Virus record (IMG/VR): IMGVR_UViG_3300048599_000736
Location: 1-38,348 of that record
DNA from: a virus
Lineage: Duplodnaviria > Caudoviricetes
Direction: 5' to 3' (one strand)
Length of the DNA: 38,348 nucleotides
Each line of letters opens with the position of its first letter. The first letter of the stretch is position 1. Of this stretch, positions 7,866 to 16,006 are shown in pieces. A program made the translations under genes and the position numbers. Under the pieces are notes generated by a model that did not search any database, was not told the origin of the DNA, and saw only the letters and a list, made by a program, of their open reading frames with translations.

Positions 7866-8651
7866 ATGGATATCGTCGACCTCAACCACGGCTCGGGATT
7901 CACTTACGGCCGCGCCCCCGCGCCCCCGCCGATCGGCGAGCGCATTGACGCCCTCGTTGACGGCGCGCTCACGGCAGAGCGTGCCGTCATGCCTGCGCGC
8001 GATTATCTCGGCGCGTCCCGCATCGGCGAACCGTGCGCACGCCGGCTCTGCTACGAGTTGATGCAGGTCCCGGTCGATCAAGGCGCCGATTTTTCCGGGC
8101 GCATGCTGCGCATTTTCGAAGCCGGCCATCGTTTCGAGGAAATGACCATCCGGTGGCTGCGGCTCGCCGGGTTCGATCTGAGAACGCACAAGCGCAATGG
8201 CGAACAGTTCGGCTTCTCGGTCGCGGGCGGCCGCCTCCGCGGCCACATCGATGGCGTCATTGTCGGCGGGCCCGACGTCGGCATCGAGTATCCGGCCCTG
8301 TTCGAGCACAAGGCGCTCAAGTCCTCGTCCTGGCAGGACACCGTCAAGCACGGAGTCAAAGTTTCGAAGCCGATCTACTGGGCGCAGGTCCAGGTCTACA
8401 TGGCCTACCTCGCGGTCGAGAACACGCTGTTTGTCGCGCTCGACAAGGACACGCAGGCGCTCCGCTACGAGCCCGTCTCCTTCGATCCGCCGGCAGCCCA
8501 GGCGCTCTCCGACAAGGCCGTCGCCGTGATCCGCTCAGTCGAGGCTGGCGAGCTGCTGCCGCGCATCTCCGACGACGCCGGCTTCTTCATCTGCACGTTC
8601 TGTCCGTACCGCATCCGCTGCCACGCGCTCGCACCGGGAGGCAATGCATGA
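7866..8651 (+). CDS. PD-(D/E)XK exonuclease, Cas4/AddB-like with Fe-S cysteines
   Basis: RDYLGASRIGEPC, GHIDG, FEHK, YWAQVQVYM, CTFCPYRIRC. Confidence 0.85.
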   Translation: MDIVDLNHGSGFTYGRAPAPPPIGERIDALVDGALTAERAVMPARDYLGASRIGEPCARRLCYELMQVPVDQGADFSGRMLRIFEAGHRFEEMTIRWLRLAGFDLRTHKRNGEQFGFSVAGGRLRGHIDGVIVGGPDVGIEYPALFEHKALKSSSWQDTVKHGVKVSKPIYWAQVQVYMAYLAVENTLFVALDKDTQALRYEPVSFDPPAAQALSDKAVAVIRSVEAGELLPRISDDAGFFICTFCPYRIRCHALAPGGNA

Positions 8652-9952
8652 CCATCACCCTCTCCGAGAGCCAGCGCGCGGCGATCACCACGGTCAAGGA
8701 CTGGTACGAGAACCGCACGAAGGAGCAGCAGGTCTGCCGCGTGTTCGGCTATGCCGGCGCCGGCAAGAGCACGATCGTCAAGTATGCGATCGAGGAACTG
8801 GGACTCTCGACCTCGGGAACCGAGTCGAAGATCGGCGACGTGCTCTATGCCGCCTTCACCGGCAAGGCCGCCCTGGTGATGACCCGCAAGGGTACGCCCG
8901 CTTCCACCATCCATTCCCTCATTTACCGCGTCTCCGAGGCGAGCCCGCAGGAGATCGAGAAGCTCAAGGCAGAAGTCGCCGAGATCCAGGCGAAGCTGCC
9001 ATCGCTCGGAGTAGCCGAACGCCTGTTCGAGGAATCCCGCCTCCGGTCGCTCGAGCTGCGACTGAAGGACGTGCACAAGCCGCGCTTCGTGCTCAATTCC
9101 GAGTCTGTCCTGCGCGATGCCAAGCTGCTCGTCCTCGATGAGGTGTCCATGGTCGGCGCGGAGATGGCGCGCGACCTCCTTGCCTTTGGCAAGCCGACCC
9201 TCGTCCTGGGCGATCCCGGCCAGTTGCCGCCGGTCAAGGGCGAGGGCGCCTTCGACACCGACAAGCCCGACGTGCTCCTGACCGAAGTGCACCGGCAGGC
9301 CGGCGACAGCGCCGTCATCCGGCTTGCGACCTGGGCCCGCGAGGGAAAGCCGATTCCCTACGGCGAGCACGATGAATTCGTGTGGAAGATGCGCCGGTCT
9401 GACGTGGACGCATCTGGCTTGCTCCGGGCCGGCCAGGTGATCTGCGGGCGCAACGCCACGCGCATGCAGCTCAACCTTGCCATGAAGCAGGCCGCTGGTT
9501 TTACCGCAGCCTATCCGGCCGGGGCCGGCGAGAAGCTGATCTGCCTGCGCAATCGCAACGACATCGGCCTGGTCAACGGCATGTTCGTGACCCTCGACGA
9601 CATCGAGGAGGACGGCGACGAGATCGCCTTCAAGGCCTCGATCACCACCGAGGATGGGCACAAGGTTGGTGGCGAGACCAACGGCAAGCGCGAGCGCTTC
9701 CGCATCTATCGCGGCCACTTCGACGATCATCTGTCGCCCGATCCCGATCGGGAGCGGCGCGACCATCATAAGAAGCGCACCCTGATCGAGTGCGTCTGGG
9801 GCTGGGCCATCACGTGTCACAAGTCGCAGGGCTCCCAGTTCGAGAACGTCGTGGTGTTCGACGACGGGCTCGGGCGCACGCCGCAGGACCGGGCGCGCTG
9901 GCTCTACACCGCCATCACCCGCGCCGAGCGCGGCCTCGTGCTGCTCGATTGA
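8648..9952 (+). CDS. SF1B Dda/RecD-like DNA helicase
   Basis: GYAGAGKS, AFTGKAA, DEVSM, GDPGQLPPV, EVHRQ, AITCHKSQGSQF, YTAITRA. ATGA overlap at 8648. Confidence 0.92.
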   Translation: MTITLSESQRAAITTVKDWYENRTKEQQVCRVFGYAGAGKSTIVKYAIEELGLSTSGTESKIGDVLYAAFTGKAALVMTRKGTPASTIHSLIYRVSEASPQEIEKLKAEVAEIQAKLPSLGVAERLFEESRLRSLELRLKDVHKPRFVLNSESVLRDAKLLVLDEVSMVGAEMARDLLAFGKPTLVLGDPGQLPPVKGEGAFDTDKPDVLLTEVHRQAGDSAVIRLATWAREGKPIPYGEHDEFVWKMRRSDVDASGLLRAGQVICGRNATRMQLNLAMKQAAGFTAAYPAGAGEKLICLRNRNDIGLVNGMFVTLDDIEEDGDEIAFKASITTEDGHKVGGETNGKRERFRIYRGHFDDHLSPDPDRERRDHHKKRTLIECVWGWAITCHKSQGSQFENVVVFDDGLGRTPQDRARWLYTAITRAERGLVLLD

Positions 9953-9959
9953 GGCGCCA

Positions 9960-12902
9960 ATGCTCGACCTCAACGACGCGCAACCTGTATGGCCGGTCGA
10001 GCGGTTTGACCTCGATGCCATCGTCTCGCGTCTGCGCGATAGCGCCGAGCAATGGGTTCTGCGGCTGTTCCCGAATGGCCGGCGGGTCGGCGATGAATGG
10101 CGGCTCGCCAATATCCGGGGCGCCGCGCCGCGCAAGAACGGCTCTTGCGTGATCGCGCTTGCCGGCGAGCACGCTGGCGACTGGATTGACTTCGACGGCG
10201 GCCATGGCGGTGGACCGCTCAGCACATTGGAGAATGCAACGGGGCTCAGCGGACGCGAGCTGTTCGCCTACGCGGCCGATCTGACGAAAACGGGCGCGCA
10301 GCCGAAACGGTCCGCCGCCAAGCCCTCGTCCAAGCAGGCGGATCAGGCCCGCGAGATCGAACACATCCTGTCGAAGGCTGTGCCGATCGCAGGCACGTTG
10401 GGCGAACGATATCTCGCGTCGCGTGGGATACCGGCTCCGGACTGCGCCGACCTGCTATTCCACCCGGACCTGACGCATTGGGAAAGCCGGCGTGGCTTTC
10501 CGGGCCTGGCAGCCGTGGTACGGGACGTTGCCGGCAACCGCATCGCGCTCCACCGCACCTATCTCGCCGACGACGGCACCGCCAAGGCGCCGGTCGATAA
10601 CCCGCGCAAGATGCTGGCCTCGATCGCAGGCGGCGCCGTGCGACTTGCCGATCTGACTAAGGATGGCGTCATCGGTCTCGCCGAGGGCATCGAGACGGCG
10701 CTCTCGGTGATGACTGCCTGCGCGCGCCTGCCGGTCTGGGCAACGCTCTCAGCCTCTAACCTGGAACAGGTGGCTCTGCCCACCGAAGCGCGGAAGGTCG
10801 TGCTCCTTGCCGACCACGACGCCTCCGGCGCCGGCGCGCGCGCGGCCGAGACTGCTGCCGCCCATCTGCACGCCGAGGGCCGGCGGGTCTTCATCGCCAT
10901 ACCGCCCAAGGAGGGCGACGATTTCAATGACCTGCTGCTGCGCAACGGCGTCGATGCCGTGCGCAGAATCGTTGAAGCCGCGGTCGAATGGGGCGCCCCC
11001 AGCAACGACGACCGGGTGATTCTCGCCATCGACAGCGGCACGCATAGGCCGATCGGCTTTGGGCAGTCGGATCGCCCCCGACCGCAGTTGCGCGCCGACA
11101 ATGGCGATCTGGCGCGCGCGGTGTCGCAGGCGTGGCAGGTTCTGCTCGCCGCCAATGATCCGCCATGGATGTTCCGCGCCGCCGGATGCCCGACCTGGGT
11201 GGTGCGCGACGACGACGGCCTGCCCATGGCGAAGCCCCTTACCGAGGACCGCCTGCGTCCGGTGCTCGCCCAGCTCGCCGATTGGCGAAAGCTTAATCGC
11301 AACGGCGAACTCGTCCCGGCCCATCCACCATTGGCGGTGATCAAGTCGATCCTCGCCACGCCCGATCCGGCGCTTCCGGTGCTGACAGGCATCGTCACGA
11401 CGCCCGTGTTCGGCCGCGAGGGCGAGCTCATCACCGAGCCCGGCTACCATCCGGCTGCGCGCCTGCTCTACGACCCGCCCAAGGGCTTCGTCCTGCCGCC
11501 GGTGCCGGCGAAGCCTACGCAATCCGACATCGCCGTTGCGCGGGCTCTGCTGCTCGACGATCTCCTGGGAGATTTCCCGTTCATCGGCGAAGCCGAGCGC
11601 GCGCATGCGCTTGCGCTCCTTCTCGTCGGCTTCGTGCGCGCCATGATCGACGGGCCGACCCCGCTGCATCTGGTCGAGAAACCGACCCAAGGCACCGGCG
11701 CGACCCTGATGGTGGACGTGATGTCGGTCGTCGCGATCGGCTGCCGGGCGAGCGTCATGGTCGAAGGCAGCGACGACGAGGAATGGCGCAAGCGCTTGAC
11801 CGCCAAGTTACGACAGATTCCGTCCGTCGTCCTGATCGACAATCTTCGCCGGCCGCTCGACTCCTCGGCGCTCGCTGCCGCGCTCACCGCGCCGTTTTGG
11901 GAAGACCGCATCCTCGGTATCTCGGAAACGACGCGGCTGCCGATCCGCTGTATCTGGATCGCCACCGGCAACAATGCCGAGTTCTCGGGCGAGATGGCGC
12001 GCCGGCTCGTGCGCATCCGGCTCGACGCCCGCGTCGACCAGCCCTGGCGCCGCAGCGGCTTCCGTCATCCCGATCTCATGGGCTGGGTGCATGCCAACCG
12101 GGCAGACCTCGTCGCCGCTTGCCTGACGCTATGCCGCGCCTGGATCGCGGCCGGCATGCCGCGCGGCCTCAAGAACATCGGCAGCTTCGAAACCTGGGCC
12201 GCCGCGATGGGCGGGATGCTCGACGCGATCGGCGTTGCAGGGTTCCTTGGCAATATCGACGAGATGCTCGAAGCCTCCGACGGCGAAGGGGCGGTCTGGC
12301 GCGTGTTCGTCGGACAATGGTGGGACCGTTTCGGCACCGCCGAGGTCGGTACCAGCGGGCTCTACGAGCTCGCCGTCAATTGCGAGCCGCCGCTTCCGCT
12401 CGGCACCGGCGGCGACCGTTCGCAGCGAACCCGGCTCGGCAAGGCGCTCGCGCGCATGCGCGACCGGGTGTTCGACATCGCCGGACTCAAGGCGCGCATC
12501 CGGGCGATTGGCGTCTCGCACCAGGCCCGCCGCTGGCAGCTCGCCCTCGAAGGGGAACACGGGGAACGTGGGGAACGTTTTCCGGACCCGTCCGAAGCAG
12601 AAAAAGGGGAACGTGGGGCCTCTCTCGACCAACGTTCCCCCCAACGTTCCCCGGCCTATCCCATTGATCAAGAAGGGCTCGGGGAACGTGGGGAACGTGG
12701 GGAACGTTTTTCCGACCCCCGCGCGTGCGCGCGCGTACACAATAATAAAGAAGAGCAAACACGTTCCCCACATTCCCCACATTCCCAAAACGCCGACAAT
12801 TCAGAGGCTTGTGCCGGGGAATATGGCGGGGAAGGTCGCCAAGCACGTTCCCCACATTCCCCGCTCGCCGATTCCCCCGATTGGCTGAAGGGGGTGCCGT
12901 GA
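9960..12902 (+). CDS. TOPRIM primase fused to SF3/P4-alpha-like helicase domain
   Basis: YLASRGI, ALHRTYL, LAEGIETALS, LADHD, DFNDLL (TOPRIM). C-terminal GTGAT, LIDN, WIATGNN, RRLVRIRL. Confidence 0.88.
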   Translation: MLDLNDAQPVWPVERFDLDAIVSRLRDSAEQWVLRLFPNGRRVGDEWRLANIRGAAPRKNGSCVIALAGEHAGDWIDFDGGHGGGPLSTLENATGLSGRELFAYAADLTKTGAQPKRSAAKPSSKQADQAREIEHILSKAVPIAGTLGERYLASRGIPAPDCADLLFHPDLTHWESRRGFPGLAAVVRDVAGNRIALHRTYLADDGTAKAPVDNPRKMLASIAGGAVRLADLTKDGVIGLAEGIETALSVMTACARLPVWATLSASNLEQVALPTEARKVVLLADHDASGAGARAAETAAAHLHAEGRRVFIAIPPKEGDDFNDLLLRNGVDAVRRIVEAAVEWGAPSNDDRVILAIDSGTHRPIGFGQSDRPRPQLRADNGDLARAVSQAWQVLLAANDPPWMFRAAGCPTWVVRDDDGLPMAKPLTEDRLRPVLAQLADWRKLNRNGELVPAHPPLAVIKSILATPDPALPVLTGIVTTPVFGREGELITEPGYHPAARLLYDPPKGFVLPPVPAKPTQSDIAVARALLLDDLLGDFPFIGEAERAHALALLLVGFVRAMIDGPTPLHLVEKPTQGTGATLMVDVMSVVAIGCRASVMVEGSDDEEWRKRLTAKLRQIPSVVLIDNLRRPLDSSALAAALTAPFWEDRILGISETTRLPIRCIWIATGNNAEFSGEMARRLVRIRLDARVDQPWRRSGFRHPDLMGWVHANRADLVAACLTLCRAWIAAGMPRGLKNIGSFETWAAAMGGMLDAIGVAGFLGNIDEMLEASDGEGAVWRVFVGQWWDRFGTAEVGTSGLYELAVNCEPPLPLGTGGDRSQRTRLGKALARMRDRVFDIAGLKARIRAIGVSHQARRWQLALEGEHGERGERFPDPSEAEKGERGASLDQRSPQRSPAYPIDQEGLGERGERGERFSDPRACARVHNNKEEQTRSPHSPHSQNADNSEACAGEYGGEGRQARSPHSPLADSPDWLKGVP
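12552..12877. repeat. Iteron array (~17 copies of GGGGAAYRT, both orientations): putative replication origin
   Basis: Forward copies at 12552, 12561, 12570, 12606, 12681, 12690, 12699, 12816, 12828. Reverse copies at 12632, 12644, 12761, 12770, 12779, 12845, 12854, 12869. A-rich patch at 12737-12760. Confidence 0.8.
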
Positions 12903-12945
12903 TGCCGCGCACCCTCGACGCTGGATTGATTCACGGAGGCGCGCC

Positions 12946-13263
12946 ATGAGCCGGCAGCGTCTTCCCAATCGCCGGCCCAGCCTCACGACCCGGCTCGTGC
13001 ACGACTGCCGGTCGTACTCGGTGACGGTCGGTTTCGATCCGAACACCGGCCGCATCGGCGAAGTGTTCACGCACGGCGCCAAGGTCGGCTCCGCCATGGA
13101 CGGCATCCTAGACGATGCCTGCATCGCGCTGTCGCTCCTGCTTCAGCACGGCGTCGAGCCCACCGCGCTCGCTGCGAGCATGGGGCGGCTTGGCGACGGC
13201 AAGACGCCCGCCTCGATCATCGGTGCGCTCGCCGACCTCATCGCCCGCGAGGCGCAGCCATGA
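12946..13263 (+). CDS. Stand-alone TSCPD-like (class II RNR C-terminal) domain protein
   Basis: RQRLPNRRPS...VTVGF...GEVF...KVGS...ALSLLLQHGV...SIIGALAD; GGAGG RBS. Confidence 0.7.
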   Translation: MSRQRLPNRRPSLTTRLVHDCRSYSVTVGFDPNTGRIGEVFTHGAKVGSAMDGILDDACIALSLLLQHGVEPTALAASMGRLGDGKTPASIIGALADLIAREAQP

Positions 13264-13460
13264 GGTGGACACCCAAAGGATACGGCGGAGAGCGGCGCCC
13301 TCCCGACGACGTCAAGCGTGAGGGTTGGCACGAGCACGGCATCCTGGTGGTGAGCGAGGATGATCATCGTCTCACCTGGTCGGAGCGTGAACTGATCCGG
13401 CAACTCGGGGGAAAACTTTACGGCAAACGCTCGACGAACAAGGAGGCGTACCATGGCTGA
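13260..13460 (+). CDS. Conserved phage hypothetical protein
   Basis: MRWTPKGYGGERR...GW...LYG; ATGA overlap. Confidence 0.75.
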   Translation: MRWTPKGYGGERRPPDDVKREGWHEHGILVVSEDDHRLTWSERELIRQLGGKLYGKRSTNKEAYHG

Positions 13461-13890
13461 TTGGACGCCGGCTTGCGTGGAAGCGCGGCTTCACGAAGCG
13501 GCGGACGTGATGGCGCGTCTGCCGGAGGTGCGCGTGCAGGGTTACTTCAACCTGTGGCCGAAGGTTCTCCACGAGTTCAGCGACCTCGTCGGGCAAGAAC
13601 CAGTGCGGTTGAAGCGCCCGCCGCCATTGCCCGACGCCATCAGCCGCATGGAGGAGACGCTCGGCTGGCTGCGCTGGCTGGAAGCCGAAGACGCAAAGCT
13701 CGCCTGGGCGCGTGCCGAACGCACACCATGGAAGCCGATTTGCTGGCGCTTTGGCATCGCGCCGGCAACGGCAAAGCGCCGCTGGCAATACGCATTGAGC
13801 CTCATCGCCTGGAAGCTCAACGGCCGCTTTGTCGGCACGAAGACATCGCGGCGCGCGTTCATGGAACGCGCTCGCATTCTGTCAAGATGA
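13453..13890 (+). CDS. DUF6362 family protein, probable late transcription regulator (C-terminal HTH)
   Basis: WTPACVEARLHEAA...VQGYFNLWP...AISRMEE...PWKPICWRFGIAPATAKRRW. AGGAGG RBS. Occupies the lambda Q-like position. Confidence 0.75.
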   Translation: MADWTPACVEARLHEAADVMARLPEVRVQGYFNLWPKVLHEFSDLVGQEPVRLKRPPPLPDAISRMEETLGWLRWLEAEDAKLAWARAERTPWKPICWRFGIAPATAKRRWQYALSLIAWKLNGRFVGTKTSRRAFMERARILSR

Positions 13891-13897
13891 AATCGCC

Positions 13898-13937
13898 GTG
13901 TGAGCCAATTTTGTGTGAGCCACTTTTATGCGAGACG
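13898..13937 (+). repeat. 15-bp-period direct repeats GTGTGAGCCA (putative late-regulator operator)
   Basis: GTGTGAGCCA at 13898 and 13913, degenerate ATGCGAGACG at 13928, separated by T-rich spacers. Confidence 0.7.
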
Positions 13938-13958
13938 GAATCGGCCGACGAAGTGTAG
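13932..13958 (+). promoter_or_regulatory. Putative phage-sigma late promoter (GAGACGG-N14-GTGTAG)
   Basis: GAGACGG AATCGGCCGACGAA GTGTAG; third copy of the motif, upstream of cos and the late operon. Confidence 0.75.
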
Positions 13959-14011
13959 TTTCGCGGCAGGCTCGCGAGAGGCGCGCGCGACGATCGGCAG
14001 AGCCGAGTCGC

Positions 14012-14206
14012 GGGTCCTCCCTGGCGGAAATGGTATGCGGGGGGCAATGGCCCGGAATTTCGCTACAGACAGCCGCAAAATCTGAGTTACCAGTTACCGG
14101 CTTCACCCACGGTCGTGCGGTGATAAACCCGTCGAAATGCGAAGAAATTTGCGCTTTCCGCATTGGTAACCTGGCGCGTGGTAATCGCGCGGTGGTTACC
14201 ACGCGC
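14012..14206 (+). other. Lambda-like cos packaging site (cosQ, cosN, cosB-like repeats)
   Basis: GGGTCCT (lambda cosQ sequence) at 14012-14018; 23 nt later GGGCAATGGCCC (14042-14053) then TTTCGCTA, as in lambda. GTTACC/GGTAAC repeats at 14086, 14093, 14165, 14180 (GGTAAT), 14195. Confidence 0.75.
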
Positions 14207-14212
14207 TCGCCG

Positions 14213-14392
14213 CTACTTATCTTTGAGATACGCCTCGACCTTCTTGGCGCTCTTTCCGACTGCGCGGACCGCGCCCGCCAATGCTTGGCCAGACACCCTG
14301 AATTTCTTCTTCCAGTATTCCTTCTCGTAATCCTCGTTCATGTTGATGGTGCTGCGGTCGGGCTCGCCGCGCTTCTTCCGATTGTCGGCCAT
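14213..14392 (-). CDS. DUF3606 family small protein (moron)
   Basis: MADNRKKRGEPDRSTINMNEDYEKEYWKKKFRVS...AVRAVG...V..YL. GAGGAG RBS; TATAAT on the minus strand at 14418-14423. Confidence 0.85.
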   Translation of the reverse strand: MADNRKKRGEPDRSTINMNEDYEKEYWKKKFRVSGQALAGAVRAVGKSAKKVEAYLKDK

Positions 14393-14488
14393 GATGGTCT
14401 CCTCAATGGGGTGGCCGATTATAGCCGACTCATCACGAACATCCATCGCCTCGGGCAGAAACGCAGCGACCCTACATCCGTTAAATCA

Positions 14489-15721
14489 ATGAATTCGGTT
14501 GCCCCCATCTCGGTCGAGCATTGGCCGCTCGACCAATTGATCCCGCACGCCCGCAACGCGCGCACGCATTCCGAGGATCAGATCGCGCAGATCGCAGGAT
14601 CGATTGCCGAGTTCGGGTTCGTGAACCCAGTGCTGCTCGGCGATGATGGCGTGATCGTCGCGGGTCACGGCCGCGTGCTTGCGGCGCGCAAGCTTGGCCT
14701 CGCGCAAGCTCCGGTGATCGTGCTGTCGCACCTGTCGCCGACGCAGCGACGGGCACTGATGATTGCGGACAATCGCATTGCCGAGAACGCCGGCTGGGAT
14801 GACGAGATGCTGGCAGCGGAACTTGCTGCCCTCAGGGATGAAGACGTCGACCTCGGAATGCTGGGTTTCGACGAAGGCGAGCTCGATCGCCTGCTCGATG
14901 GCACGGCGGAGGATGGTGAAGACGCTGACGAGGCGCCAGAGCCACCGACGGACCCGGTGTCCAGGCCGGGCGATCTCTGGATCTGCGGTCAGCATCGGGT
15001 GCTATGCGGCGACGCCACCGTGCTGTCGGATGTTGAGGTCCTGCTCGGCGGGGAGCTCGCCGACTTGTGCTTCACCGATCCGCCCTACAACGTGAACTAT
15101 GCTAACGGGTCGGACAAGAGGTCCGGCAAGAAGCGACCGATCCTCAACGACGCGTTGGGCGAGGAGTTCCATCAGCTTCTCTACGACGCCTGCGTCAACA
15201 TCCTGAGCGTCACCAAAGGCGCGGTCTACGTCTGCATGTCGTCATCGGAACTCGATACGCTGCAGAAGGCATTCCGCGCCGCTGGCGGTCACTGGTCGAC
15301 GTTCGTGATTTGGGCGAAGAATACATTCACGCTCGGGCGCTCGGATTATCAACGCCAATACGAGCCGATCCTCTACGGCTGGAAGGATGGTGTGGACCAT
15401 TACTGGTGCGGCGCACGCGACCAGGGCGACGTCTGGTTTGTAGACAAACCGGCGAAGAATGATCTTCACCCAACGATGAAGCCGATTGAGCTCGTTGAAC
15501 GTGCCATCCGCAACTCAAGCAAGAGCCGCGATATCGTGCTCGATCCCTTCGGCGGGTCGGGCAGCACGCTCATCGCCGCCGAGCGAACAGGCCGGCGCGC
15601 GCGGCTCGTCGAACTCGATCCCAAGTATGTCGATGTGATCGTGCAACGATGGCAAAAGATAACCGGGGGCAGCGCTACCCACGCCACCACCGGTCAAGCC
15701 TTTTTCGGCAAGTCCGTCTGA
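14489..15721 (+). CDS. ParB-like N-domain + N6/N4 DNA methyltransferase
   Basis: LIPHARNARTHS...FGFVNP...AGHGR (ParBc); TDPPYNV; HPTMKP; LDPFGGSGST. Confidence 0.92.
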   Translation: MNSVAPISVEHWPLDQLIPHARNARTHSEDQIAQIAGSIAEFGFVNPVLLGDDGVIVAGHGRVLAARKLGLAQAPVIVLSHLSPTQRRALMIADNRIAENAGWDDEMLAAELAALRDEDVDLGMLGFDEGELDRLLDGTAEDGEDADEAPEPPTDPVSRPGDLWICGQHRVLCGDATVLSDVEVLLGGELADLCFTDPPYNVNYANGSDKRSGKKRPILNDALGEEFHQLLYDACVNILSVTKGAVYVCMSSSELDTLQKAFRAAGGHWSTFVIWAKNTFTLGRSDYQRQYEPILYGWKDGVDHYWCGARDQGDVWFVDKPAKNDLHPTMKPIELVERAIRNSSKSRDIVLDPFGGSGSTLIAAERTGRRARLVELDPKYVDVIVQRWQKITGGSATHATTGQAFFGKSV

Positions 15722-15724
15722 AGA

Positions 15725-16006
15725 TCAGCCGGCAATGCGATAGACGCGCCCGCGCCCTTCGACCTTCTCCGATTGCACGTTCAGACCGAGCTTCTTCTTC
15801 AGTGCACCCGCAATCGCTCCGCGGACGGTGTGCGGCTGCCACTCGAACTTCTTGACGATCTCATCGATCGTTGCGCCGTCCGGACGCTTGAGCATTTCGA
15901 TCAGCTTGGCTTGCTTGCTATCGGCGCGTGTTCCGGGCGTCTTGTTCTTTGGTGAGGCTTTGCGCTTTCGGGCGGGTTTGGTTGCTGACTTGGTTGACTT
16001 GACCAT
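15725..16006 (-). CDS. DUF3489 family winged-helix protein
   Basis: SKQAKLIEMLKRPDGATIDEI...WQPHTVRGAIAGALKKKLGL...GRVYRI; GAGGAG RBS. Confidence 0.88.
   Translation of the reverse strand: MVKSTKSATKPARKRKASPKNKTPGTRADSKQAKLIEMLKRPDGATIDEIVKKFEWQPHTVRGAIAGALKKKLGLNVQSEKVEGRGRVYRIAG

Noticed and set aside
7866-8651. Cas4-like nuclease as a CRISPR-Cas gene
   Set aside because: No cas1/cas2 or array; the context is a phage Sak4/SSB/exonuclease recombination module.
12552-12877. Repeat array as CRISPR
   Set aside because: Units are 9 bp, in both orientations, without unique spacers, and lie inside a CDS; they fit iterons.
14460-14484. EcfG general-stress promoter for DUF3606
   Set aside because: The minus strand gives TTAAC-N16-CGTT, a poor match to GGAAC-N16-CGTT; a TATAAT -10 closer to the gene is a better candidate.
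13928-14488. 187-aa N-terminal extension of the methyltransferase in the ORF track
   Set aside because: It spans the promoter, cos and antisense DUF3606. ParB homology starts at ATG 14489. Similar over-extensions were trimmed at 8033, 24984, 28946 and 37284.
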